From positions 5,719,097 through 5,783,096 of the forward strand of contig CM082598.2 in NCBI GenBank assembly GCA_040954595.2: a stretch of 64,000 bases of DNA, read 5' to 3'. The notes under the pieces are model-generated. The model was not told the origin of the DNA. It ran no database searches and worked only from the letters and a program-made list of their open reading frames with translations. Every line of letters begins with the position of its first letter. The stretch's first letter is position 1. Shown one piece after another: positions 1-11,753 of this stretch. Made by a program: the position numbers and the translations under genes. This stretch comes from Balanoglossus misakiensis. Its lineage: Eukaryota > Animalia > Hemichordata.

Positions 1-191
1 CTAATCATGGCCTTACTTTACCCATTGTATGATGTCATCTTTTTTTATCCACAGTGATATCACAGTTTAATTTTTTGGATTCACTTATTCATCAATGAAG
101 ATCTCAATGTTTTCCTATAATATAACTGCTGTTTATGATTTCATATTGAGAATATTTTGATAAAACAAGTGTTGCCTATTGATTGTTACAG

Positions 192-3100
192 GTTCTCATC
201 AATGCTGCAGGGGATGGTGACATTGCAAAAATCCAGTCGCTGATAGCTGATGGATATGATGTCAATGCAAGGGGTAAATTATACGTGGAGTATCACCTGA
301 TTGCCGTAAGTGTTTATATTTGCCTTTTGTACCACAATAACATAAATAAATGGTGTCTTGTATCAAACATAATTAATGGAAAAAGGGCGGCGAGGGAGAG
401 ACTTTGTCCCTTTAACCGCATATCTATGACTGCAGCTCACTGTAATGAATTCCTAGAGGTTTATAGTTAAATGTCAAGTGCTTGACACATATGCAAATTT
501 TTAGTATCAGATTTGTGATGTCATTTTTATTCTTCGTTCCAGGATTTAACAGCATTGCATGCAGCGTCCTTGAAAGGTGGATTGGATACTATGAGTGTGT
601 TGATTTCCCATGGTTCAGATGTCAATGCTAAGACTGAGGTACATGAACTAACAAGTTATTACTTCATTATGGACAAAAATGGCTTCATGTGTATTTATGT
701 ATTTATGACCACAGTGAACTCTGGATAATTCTTTGATTGACATCATATGAACATTACAAAACATTAATTTTGTTTTTAGCTGAATAATCACTTTTGTGGG
801 AATACCTTCATTGTGTCTAACTTCTACTGGTTTATGCTTATCAACATTTATTTGTTTGTTAAAGGAAATTTCACCTTATATTTCAATTTTTGTGACATTG
901 TTCTCATGCTCCTCCTTCATTACTTACAGGATGGAAACACACCTTTGCACTCTGCAGCACAGTATGGTGATGAAGGCCGTGTCAGATTGTTATTGGAACA
1001 CAAAGCTGATGCTAACATACAAAACAAGGTAAATACCAACCTGACTTCTACAGGTTTATTCTAATCTGATCGACATACCGGTACAAACATTTGTTTGTGT
1101 CTTTGTTTGTTTGTTTTGTTTAAAGGAAACCTCACGTTACATTTGAATTTTTGTGACATTGTTCTCATGCTCCTCCTTTCATTACTTACAGTGGGGAAAC
1201 ACACCTTTGCACTTTGCAGCAGTGGATAGTGATGAAGGCCGTGTCAGATTGTTATTGGAACACAAAGCTGATGCTAACATTCAAAACATGGTAAAATACC
1301 AACCTGACTTCTACAGGTTAATTCTAACCAACATACAAACATTTTGTTTGTTTGTTTGTTTAAAGGAAAGCTCACAGTACATTTCAATTTTTGTGACATT
1401 GTTCTCATGCTCCTCCTTCATTACTTACAGGATGGAGGCACACCTTTGCACTTTGCAGCCATGTATGTTGATGAAGGCCGTGTCAAATTGTTATTGGAAC
1501 ACAAAGCTGATGTGACCATACAAAACAAGGTAAATACCAACATGACTTCTACAGGTTAATTCTAACCAACATACAAACATTTTGTTTGTTTGTTTGTTTG
1601 TTTGTTTGTTTGTTTGTTTGTTTAAAGGAAACCTCACAGTACATTTCAATTTTTGTGACATTGTTCTAATGCTCCTCCTTCATTACTTACAGGATGGAAA
1701 CACACCTTTGCACTATGCAGCAAGGTATGGTGATGAAGGCCTTGTCAAATTGTTATTGGAACACAAAGCTGATGCTAACATACAAAACGAGGTAAATACC
1801 AACATGACTTCTACAGGTTTATTCTAATCAACATACAAACATTTGTTTGTTTGTTTTGTTTACTTATTTCAGGAGACCTCACAGTACATTTCAATTGTTG
1901 TGACATTGTTCTCATGCTCCTCCTTCATTACTTACAGAATGGAGACACACCTTTGCACTCTGCAGCAAGGTATGGTGATGAAGGCCTTGTCAAATTGTTA
2001 TTGGAACACAAAGCTGATGCTAACATACAAAACGAGGTAAATACCAACATGACTTCTACAGGTTTATTCTAATCAACATACAAACATTTGTTTGTTTGTT
2101 TTGTTTACTTATTTAAGGAGACCTCACAGTACATTTCAATTGTTGTGACATTGTTCTCATGCTCCTCCTTCATTACTTACAGGGTGGAGACACACCTTTG
2201 CACTATGCAGCAACGGATGGTGATGAAGGCCGTGTCAGATTGTTATTGAAACACAAAGCTGATGCTAACATTCAAAACAAGGTAAATGCCAACCTGACAT
2301 CTACAGGTTTATTCTAATCAACATACAAAACTTGTTTGTTTGTTTTGTTTACTTATTTAAGGAGACCTCACCTTGCATTTCAATTGTTGTGACATTGTTC
2401 TCATGCTCCTCCTTCATTACTTACAGAATGGAAACACCCCTTTGCACTTTGCAGTAGCAAGGTTCTGCGATGAAGGTCATGTCAAATTGTTATTGGAACA
2501 CAAAGCTGATGCTAACATACAAAACAAGGTAAATACCTATACAGACACAAATAATTGTCTGTTTGTTTGTTTATTTTTATCTCTTTATTATTTTAACATA
2601 GCGAAACTCTTCATGAAATTGATGCTTATATACTGTAGAAATTGTTATTGGAACTCAAATCAAACTATTGATGTACCGGTATTTATAGTCAGTTTCATTC
2701 TACATTTCACGTTTGTTTTGAAGACATTTAATGTAGAAATCGTTATTGTAAAGAAGATATGGTGACAGTTTTAGATTACTCTTTCAGTTCATCTTTCAAC
2801 AAACTGAAACTTATAAAGCCTATTTAGAGGAGATACCAACCACTATGGTTTCCTCATTTTGGAGTTTTGTTTTGCGTCCTTTGCAACCACTACCACCACC
2901 ATTGTAGGTTGGTACTGCAGGTATGTTTTGTGGCACTGTTTATACGCACCTATAGTCCCGATCTTGCTGTATCTCCTACATGATGTACTTGCTTTTGTTG
3001 TTTTGCACAGGATGGCGACACAGCACTCCACATGGCAGCAATGGGCGCCACTTGGAGGGATTATGGAAAAGTTGTGAAACTGTTGTTGCAATATGGAGCT

Positions 3101-6100
3101 GATCTTGACCGCAAAAATAAGGTACAATCTTCTATTGCTTATTTCAATATTTTATTCCATTAAACTGACACCATACGATCGGATTAACTCCCATTTTTAA
3201 AATTGAATCTTCACAACCATTGAATTTGAAATTCAGTTTGTATGACTGTACAATTTTGAATTATCAGTTGGTAATACCAGCAGTTATTAATTATAGTATT
3301 AGCTTATCAATATCAACATCATAATTGATAGTTACTTCTATCCCAATAAACTTTAGACTGGAAAGACACCACTTAATGTTGCTGCAAATAGGTCTGTTAA
3401 GAATGTGCTGTTGGATTACATTAGGGTGAGTAAAATTTTTCTTTTGTCATGAATTTGAATAATTTATAACCTGAAATCTTATGTACCCTGCATTAAGAGT
3501 GTCCATAAATATCAATGTAATAATTTGTTACATGTATTTTCTGATTTCTTTATTTAACAAGAAACGAGATGAGTTCAATGACCTGATGAAGGAATCAGGT
3601 ATGGAATGTGACACTTTTAAGTTGTTCTTCGCTGGAGATGGTGGAGTTGGTAAGACTACACTGTTGAAGTCACTTCAGAAGGTATGTTTGTATTTATTTT
3701 TTGTGTAACAGTTCTAGTATGCCATAACATCATAATACATTCACATTGTATGTATAGTGCATATTAGGAAACTACTGACAGAATGCCACAGGTGAACTTT
3801 TGATAATTAAAACATGCATTGTTGATGAAATTTCGACATTTTGTGTAGGTATATAGTGAAATTTTTTTCTTTCACTTTTCCTTATCAAAGAGTGAAGAAA
3901 TAACCCTGGGATCTGAAGAAAGTGAACATATTCCCACACCTGGTATTGATGTCCAAAGTGTTCATATTCCTGACGTAGGAAATGTCAGTGTTTGGGATTT
4001 TGCCGGCCAGGCTGAGTATTACGTCACTCATAACATGTTTCTGGGAGCACCCAATGCTGTCTCCATATTGGTGTTCAAAGCTACAGACGAGAATGGTCAA
4101 CTCAACACCTTTGAAGGTGTGTTCCCACAGGTAAGAACCTTCACAAAAAAATTACTAAACATGCATGAAACTGGAAGGCCATATGTATTGCATCCCAAGG
4201 CAGAAGAAAGTGACCATTCACAAAATATCAATTCTTGAATTATAATCTCATATTCATGATCCCTTTAAATTTGCCTCAAAATTAATACATGTATACTATT
4301 TCATTATACAAATATTCTCATTTGTAGATTTTGTTTTGGTTGCGGTTTCTGAAAGGAACAACCCACATGGACAGGTATTCATTCGATGAGCCCAGTGAAA
4401 GATACAAGAAACCAGTGGTGATATTGGTTGCAAGTCGAGCTGATCAGTTGAAGAGAGTTGATATGGCTCTAGGTGAGTGTTGTCAACTCAGGCACAAACT
4501 GTACAATGTCAACATGTGTTGTTCAACTGTTGGCAAACTGATTGACAGTAAGAAGAACACATGTAGTACTGTTGTTGGACATGTCAAAGTTTGAAAAAAA
4601 CAACCAGCTATTACTGTGTCCATTTTAAGCTCTAGCTATCTGTCAAGGAAAAGTTTCACAGCTGAACTTTATGCCTTACATTCTACAAATCAAATTATGC
4701 AGCAATTAGATTTGTGTTATAATTTCACAGCTCGTCATATGCTGAAGGAACTTCTGACAAGAGCACAGGAAATGTTTCAGGACTATTTGGACATAGTGAA
4801 TAACGTATTTCTGGTAAATTGCCGTGATTCTACAGACAGTGAAATGAAGCAAGTCCGTGCCTGTTTACACCAGAAAAAGGTAACAATATTCTGCTGAACT
4901 CAATATTGCCTCTGAATTGTTCTACCTTTATAAACACACAAACACATTATAATTCACTTTAGTTACCGTACAATTACAAGATTCAGTTTCATAATTCCTC
5001 GTTGAAAAAATGCAAAGACTCAAACTGTTGGCAACATATTACCAATGTATGTTTGATAACCTTTGCTTAAAGCGCGTAGCTCGTCTCACACGCATGTTCC
5101 AACTGTAGCCGCTGGTTACAGACGTTTAGTGAACATTCAATCTGTCCTAACAACAGAGAAGATGGCGGCGACCATAATCTGTGTCGGAGATCGGGAAAAG
5201 ACACCAGCTGGGGTGAAAAGGAGGGACAAAACCAGAATCTACTTATACGGTGCGCATGAAATATGGAAGGAAGTGAAGGCACAGTCCACAATTTGAATGC
5301 ATCGAATGGAAAATTTGCTGGGAAGTTACGCGCATGCGCATGAGACGAGCTACACTCTTTAAGCACCACTTGCAAATGATTAGGTTACATATTTATCCAA
5401 TATTATAGGAGCCACCAATATATGGTAACATAACATAGTCACATTTGACAAATATGTGATTACCTCCTTGTGTTTTATTCATCAGTTGTAAGACTTACTT
5501 GACAAATTATGCTGTTATTTAATATTTCTTGTTGTAATTTTTAGACAGTAAAAACACTTCCAAGTGTGTGTGCCAAGATAATGGAAAAGAAGAGGGAATT
5601 ATATGATGACTTCCCAGCTCTTTATTGGACAGAATATGTGACAAGAATCAAAGAAATATACCCCACGGTTGACGAAAGTTTCTTACAAAAAGCCACCAAC
5701 TATATGCATGACATTGGAGAGGTCAGTAACAAGAAACACCTTATTTCTTATCCATTCTCTTTCAGTACAAATACTAGGCTGAGTGAATGTGATATTTCCA
5801 TCAGTTACAAATTATTGTCTCTTCAGAAATCCGCAATGGCGTTTTGTAATGTAAAATTGTCTCACTGTATGATTGTAATTATTTGTGGTTTTGGGTCCCC
5901 AGCATTTCAGAATAATATTGCAAAATTACCAAATATTATTTTAAGATGACACCGAATCCCTGCAGTCGAAGCCTTGGGGACTTAAAGATTAAACTATCCA
6001 AATTGGCATACATTAATGTGCAACATGAAAATGTATCAAAATGTTTCTTTTCTTTTGTATAGCTTTTGTTTGTGAAGAAGTCATCTTCGGAAAGAGAAGA

Positions 6101-7670
6101 TGTCTTGGTATTGGATCCAAACTGGTTGTGTTACAGGATATTTGGACCAATGTTGGCTACCCCTCTATTTGCACAGTTCAGTTCCAGATTCAAGAGAGAT
6201 TGCTTTCAGACGATGGATCAGATTGAAGATGTACTTGGTGAAGGTGTAAACAGCAAACTTCTGATCGACCTTCTGGAAGATTTTGAGCTTCTCTGTCCAG
6301 CAAAGGGCATCACAAATACTGGAGGGAAACTTTTCTTCATACCAGGGCTTCAAGACGAAGACATGCCTAAAGATCAATGGAAATTGAATCGCATGAAGAC
6401 AATCTACCGTGGAATACGGTTTGAATGCCACGATCAAACAGATTCCTTCACGGCAGGCTTTTTCCCAAGATTACAAACCCGTCTATATAAGCATTTCACA
6501 GAGCTTGGCCAACCGCCCAGTGGCTTATGGAGAAATGGTATCAAAGTGTGCCATGATGTTGAAGGTCTTGTCTTTATGACCAATGGCAGAAGGGCAGTCA
6601 ATGTCTGTGTACGAGTTGAAGACAAGAAGTTGATTGGTGAGGGCTACAAGCTTCTTGAGATGGTTTCCAAAGACATACAGGATGTCTTCTCAATTGCCTG
6701 TCCAGGCAACAGGATGAATCAGCTTATCCTGAGTGCAGATTCTCTTGCAAACCACGACATGGAACAAGTTGGGTTTTACACTCTTGATGACGTGCTACAC
6801 GCAGAAGATATGGGGAGGAAAGTGTACAACAAAGAAGTTGGTAAAGCAGAAGATGTTTGTGACCTGCTTTGTCAAGGTCATGACACGACAATGTTACTGA
6901 AGAAGTGGAAACGCTGTGATATCAAATGGATGCTTGAAGAAACCAGAAGAAAACTGACAAGGAGAATGCAGACTCAACGTGATCCTTCTCTGAGCTATGG
7001 GCGCATGGCAGATTTGATGGGCATTAAGTGCCAGGATACCATGGGATTTGAAGAGATTGCGGGTCGGGCAGGCCAACCAGTTACAGAGTATCTCTTTGAA
7101 GAGTGGTGTCGTATATGCGCAGAAAAGAAACGACTTCAACGGGAAAAAGACACCACAGAATTCCCGGCCACTTCTCATGACACACATGATGTTGATAGTG
7201 GTTTTGCAACGATGTCACCATCATCACAACAACCAGACTCAAGCGTCCAATTCCGACGAGGAAAAGACACCACTACAGCTGCAGAATTCCGGACCACTTC
7301 TCATGACACACAAAATGTTGATAGTGGTTTTGCAACGATGTCACCGTCATCACAACAACCAGACCCAAGCGTCCAATTCCGACGAGGAAAAGACACCACC
7401 ACAGCTGCAGGTGCCAGAGCCATCTCACATGACATAGAGACCTCCGAAGGTCGTTCAGCAAAAATGTCACACTCATCAACATCGTCACCCCAACAAGATT
7501 CTGATGAAGAAGTGAATGCTCAGAGAACAAGACGGAAGTATCCACATTTAAAGGGACCTGTCTTCGAAAGCAACTTTGAGAATCTGTTGGCAATATTCAG
7601 CACCATGGGAAGAGAGGACATGATCGGATTGATTGAAGAGATGTTCGAGAAATTGGAAGAACGCAGATAG
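192..7670 (+). CDS. ANK-Roc-COR-death domain (kinase-less DAPK1-like ROCO) protein, copy 1, 5'-partial (~1174 aa in window)
   Basis: Exons 192-305, 543-638, ANK 930-1028, 1192-1290, 1431-1529, 1693-1791, 1938-2036, 2183-2281, 2427-2528, then 3011-3121, 3357-3425, 3562-3681, 3891-4130, 4328-4472, 4731-4879, 5545-5721, 6063-7670. All GT-AG and in frame. P-loop GDGGVGKTT, G2 TPGID, G3 WDFAGQ, COR motif HDIGE..VLDPNWL, DD-like C-terminus. Confidence 0.88.
880..2540 (+). repeat. Tandem array of 7 single-ankyrin exon+intron modules (~245 bp)
   Basis: Repeated cattacttacag|xGxTPLHxAAxxGDEGRVRLLLEHKADANIQNK|gtaaatacc with (GTTT)n in the introns. Confidence 0.95.
5071..5358. mobile_element. 288-bp non-autonomous DNA transposon, Kolobok-like, unit 1 only
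   Basis: TTAA on both sides (5067-5070, 5359-5362); TIRs agcgcgtagctcgtctca / tgagacgagctacactct; absent at ~28325 and ~56825. Confidence 0.75.
7146..7400 (+). repeat. In-frame 126-nt (42-aa) coding duplication, copy 1 only
   Basis: gatagtggttttgcaacgatgtcacc at 7194 and 7320; single copy in units 2 and 3. Confidence 0.9.
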
Positions 7671-8372
7671 ACTGTCAAAAGAAGAGCAGATAAATTGTGA
7701 AAACCAGAATTTGATTGCTTCAAATTCCACCCAGTAAACTAAAACCATGTGTTTTCAATGGCTATAGAAATGTCAGGGGTAACTGAAACATGAATCTGAT
7801 TTGGAAATATTATAGCCATGCACCCCTATCCGACAGTTCAGACTAGTTTTCTTATAGTGCAGACACCTAAATGGTAGGAAATGGTAAACTAATTTGTCTA
7901 AAAATGCAAAATAGCATTTTGGACAGCGGTACAATAAGAGGAAAAAATATGTAGGACAAGCAATCATTCATTAGGTCAATGTGTATAACTTTATTGACAT
8001 CAATACCTTGTCAAACAAGTCTTAAGAGATCAAAATGTATACTTGATGCTCTCAGGGTGAATGGAAATATTGGCGTTATCTATTCTGCTAAGGTCAATGT
8101 AATGTACAGGTAAATATTGCAAATGTGTCTCTATTTCTGGTAAATGTTTTGTGGCAGTATTTACACATTACCTTTTCAATGTACGCTCAAGTCAACTCGT
8201 CATTTTGAACAAGATCTTAAGATAATGGAAAATTGTGTCCTCTTGGTCTAGAATTAAAGGAAAAAATAACGGAAAATGTGTCAAAATGATGAAAATGTTG
8301 CACCACATGTTGACAGCAAAAAATGGCATCCAAAGGGTTAACAGCTTTGGATTTGAGTAAAGCTATAGATGG

Positions 8373-10527
8373 CTAGCTACTTTCAGTATTTTTTCTCTTG
8401 GTGCTTTGTACAGAACTTGGAAGCTGTTTCGTTCCGGTTACTGTGTTGACATTGTCTTTTTGGTGGATTTTGGTGTGACGGTTCAAGTTGCTGGAATCAC
8501 TGAAAGTTTTTCCACAGTAATGACACTGGTAAGGTCTTTCCTTGGAGTGAGTTCTCAGATGGGTGATTAGGCGATTGTTACAAGTGAATCCTTTACCGCA
8601 CTCTTTGCATGCATAGGGTTTTGTGTTTGTGTGAATCCAGCTATGCTTTTGAAGAGACTGAGGTCTAGCGAATGCCTTGTCGCAGTCTGTGCAATTGTAG
8701 GGTTTGGTGTTTGAGTGCGTCACGCGGTGCTGCTGCAGGATCTGACTGGTGACGTAGCGCTTGCCGCAGTCGCTGCATTCGTAGAGACGCTGGCCGGTGT
8801 GCTGCAGTAAGTGCACTTTCAGGGAAGACATTCGGTTGAACGCTTTTCCGCAGGCTTCGCACGGGAACGGACGTTCCTTTGAGTGCGTCCCGTAGTGCTG
8901 TTGCAGGGTGTTCTTCTTGCGGAACGTTTTACCGCATTCTTCGCAGGCGTACGGCCGTTCTGTCGTGTGCGTCGCAGCATGCCGCTGCAGCTTGCCTTTC
9001 GTGTAGAACCTCTTGCCGCAGTCTTTGCATTCATGTGCTCTCTTGCCGGTGTGGAAGCTCTGGTGTCCCTTGAGCGTGTAGCTGTGTCGGAACCGCTTGC
9101 CGCAGTCTTTACACTCGTGTGCCCTCTTGCCGGTGTGGAAGCTCTGGTGTCCCTTGAGCGTGTAGCTATGTCGGAACCGCTTACCGCAGTCTTTACACTC
9201 GTGTGCTCTCTTGCCTGTGTGGAAGCTCTGGTGTCCCTTGAGCGTGTAGCTATGTCGGAACCGCTTACCGCAGTCTTTACACTCGTGTGCTCTCTTGCCT
9301 GTGTGGAAGCTCTGGTGTCCCTTGAGCGTGTAGCTGTGTCGGAACCGCTTACCGCAGTCTTTACACTCGTGTGCCCTCTTGCCTGTGTGGAAGCTCTGGT
9401 GTCCCTTGAGCGTGTAGCTATGTCGGAACCGCTTACCGCAGTCTTTACACTCGTGTGCTCTCTTGCCGGTGTGGAAGCTCTGGTGTCCCTTGAGCGTGTA
9501 GCTATGTCGGAACCGCTTGCCGCAGTCTTTACACTCGTGTGCTCTCTTGCCTGTGTGGAAGCTCTGGTGTCCCTTGAGCGTGTAGCTATGTCGGAACCGC
9601 TTGCCGCAGTACGTGCATTGGAACCGTTTCTCGTTTGAGTGAACCGACAGATGCGACTTGAGTCCCTGTTTTGTGAAGAAGGCGTTACCGCACTCCTCAC
9701 ATTGATGCCGTCTCTCTCTGTTGTTCGAGTGAATCTCCTGGTGAGCCTTGAGTGTGTAATGCCTCGTGAATGTTTTACCGCACACTTTGCATTGATTCGA
9801 GTCTCTGTCGACGAGAACATTGTCAGTCTCGAGTTGTGGGATTGAATCGCCTGTATCCTTGGAAACGTGACCATGCAGAGCAAGACAGTGGACGATGAGA
9901 TGAATAGCTGTTGAAACAACAAGAAACATTGGTCGTTAGAAAACAAATGGAAATACTGGGACTGTAAATATACATGTAACAATGTTTAACCTTTCACCAC
10001 CATGGTTAGGTCCAAACCCAGTGATTTCTAAGGTAAGGATAGACCTCTGCACAAGGAAATGGGGGTGATAGGGCAACTTCTTACAGGCTGTGTGGAATTT
10101 ACATATGCATTAATTGACCTGTCTACAGCTATCTGTCTGTCATGGAGAGTTTAGGAAAGTCTTGTATTGACTGACATACATACCATTTTGTGACAAATTT
10201 TCTTGTTGAAATCTCTGTTTGAATTCCTGAGTACACCTTTCAATGACTTCACCAAACACAGTCAGATGATCATACACATTTTCAAATGTCTTCTCGTGTT
10301 CTGGAATTAGAAATAATATATAATGTTAAAACTGAGAACATGTATATTCATACTTGACACCATTTTAGGTGAGCTAGCTCTCAACTTTCCACAGTAACTT
10401 TTGCTTATTTTGCAGAGGCGTGGCATTGCTTACCCACATTGTTGCCAGGGGCAACGAGCGAGGTGACGCTGACGTCACACGAATTTGCAGCACTACTCAA
10501 AGCAATCGGGAAAGGTTCGGAATTCAT
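8373..10527 (-). CDS. Multi-C2H2 zinc-finger protein, copy 1 (16 fingers, 7 with the same recognition helix)
   Basis: Exons 10527-10434 (MNSEPFPIAL...), 10300-10184 (HEKTFENVYDHL...), 9907-8373; two phase-1 GT-AG introns join in frame; CxxC...HxxxH repeats. Confidence 0.88.
9014..9610 (-). repeat. 84-bp coding minisatellite, 7 units (CKDCGKRFRHSYTLKGHQSFHTGKRAHE)
   Basis: gtggaagctctgg recurs every 84 nt from 9051 to 9555. Confidence 0.95.
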
Positions 10528-10928
10528 CCTGATAATTTTTTAACGGATAAACACCGTCTTCTTCACCGTATAGACATTGGGCAACACTGGTATTCGACTG
10601 GGACACTGGTGACTGCTGTCCTGTCAATCGAGGTCAGATTCAGATTCGAGCTCGTGTTCTACTCTTCTGCTCGTTAGATGCGCAAAGGAATCCTCGGTAA
10701 ATTGACCCCAAAAAATGTAGTCCACGAACATTTTTTGGTATGGGAATGCCATATTTCCATCAATGTCAGGAAAGAGTGACTATAGCTACAAAATTAATGC
10801 ATTAAATGCGATGTATTATGCGCATCCGAACCGAACTTCCGGTGCTCTGAATCTGATTCTGAATCTGATTCAAATTGACTTCTTACTGTTGTTTCTGTGT
10901 GTACTGCGTTACGACCAGACCTCTACCT
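10528..10928. promoter_or_regulatory. Putative bidirectional promoter/5'UTRs between the ZNF gene and its head-to-head paralog (equivalents at ~34250-34653 and ~61818-62220)
   Basis: ~400 bp between divergent ATGs; ETS-type ACTTCCGGT at 10835-10843; TGCGCA at ~10679 and 10819; tcagattcaga (10634) mirrored by tctgaatctga (~10847-10870). Confidence 0.5.
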
Positions 10929-11753
10929 ATGAAATTGAACCTCTTGATGGGATGGGATGAGTTCTCAACTTTTCCAATTGCTGTGTGGGGCGCAAAACAT
11001 TCTAAGAATGTCAACATTAGCGTGAACTCTATCTCCGCTTCTGACACTAGCGGTTCGGGTAAGTACAGTCTCGCGGCGGGGCTATAAAGTACATGTACTT
11101 AATAATAGCTCTGGACCCTGTCAAAATAAACACACGGCAGAAGTAGTCGCAAGCTATCCAGCCAGGTCAAAATGCCCAGAAATTAGTTGTCCATATTCAA
11201 GTTGTCAATGCCAGGGGAGTGTGGTTTGACAAGGCATATTTTTAAATTCTGAAATTATGCAATAATGATGGTTGTTATCCTGAACGTGCTGAGAGATTTG
11301 TAGGGAAAGTGTTAAGAAAACGATCTCTTTCAATTTTTCCCATTAATGTATACAATCACCTTTAATTTACATTGTCCATATATGGTTGAAAGTACATGTC
11401 TAATTCACTCTACAAAAGTCTGTGATTGGCTAGATTACTCCTTTCCATGGCAACTGTGGCTTAATTTGCATAGGTGACCTTGTATCTGGTATATTTTAAT
11501 TACAGGATTCCGCAAACAGCCAGAATGTTTCATCCATGATGATTTATCTCCTGAAGAGATCAACAAATTTGGTGAAATCTTTGACAGAGCAAATGAAGAA
11601 CTATTTGAATGCAAAGACTGTGGTAAACGTTTCACCCATAGCGACCCTCTACAGAAACACATGTATTGTTTTCAAAAGAATTTGAGTGCCTCTTGCATTT
11701 TTGTTGTTACATGTATTATCATTATTGACATTAAATCAGTACTTGTAATTTAA
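10929..11753 (+). pseudogene. Truncated single-finger paralog of the ZNF gene (125-aa ORF), copy 1
   Basis: Exon 10929-11058 (..STFPIAVWGAKHSKNVNISVNSI..) joined in phase 1 to 11506-11753 (..KFGEIFDRANEELFECKDCGKRFTHSDPLQKHMYC..); out-of-frame remnant SKEFEC of a second finger. Confidence 0.65.

Noticed and set aside
1584-1623. Idea that the repeated zinc finger binds the intronic (GTTT)n to drive ANK shuffling
   Set aside because: A 4-bp period does not fit the 3-bp step of tandem identical fingers, and there is no supporting evidence in the sequence
880-2540. CRISPR-like repeat/spacer appearance of the arrays
   Set aside because: Units are ~245 bp (or 175 and 84 bp), are spliceosomal exon/intron modules or coding repeats, have no unique spacers, and there are no cas genes
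796-2765. Short ORF-track proteins with hydrophobic N-termini (e.g. FCDIVLMLLLHYLQ-DG.TPLH) as secreted mini-ankyrins
   Set aside because: The hydrophobic part is translated polypyrimidine tract/GTTT intron sequence upstream of the AG acceptor
192-7670. Calling the gene DAPK1 or LRRK
   Set aside because: No kinase, CaM-binding or LRR exons in the complete copies 2 and 3; only the ANK-Roc-COR-DD part is DAPK1-like, so no symbol is assigned
8819-9982. Long alternative-frame and antisense ORFs over the ZNF (8819-9982, 8883-9638, 32098-33357)
   Set aside because: Shadows of an 84-bp stop-free repeat; not preserved as intact ORFs across units
8373-10527. PRDM9 or KRAB-ZNF identity (84-bp array; KTFENV resembles KRAB VTFEDV)
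   Set aside because: No PR/SET or SSXRD exons; contact residues do not vary; the rest of the KRAB-A consensus (F..EEW..L) is absent
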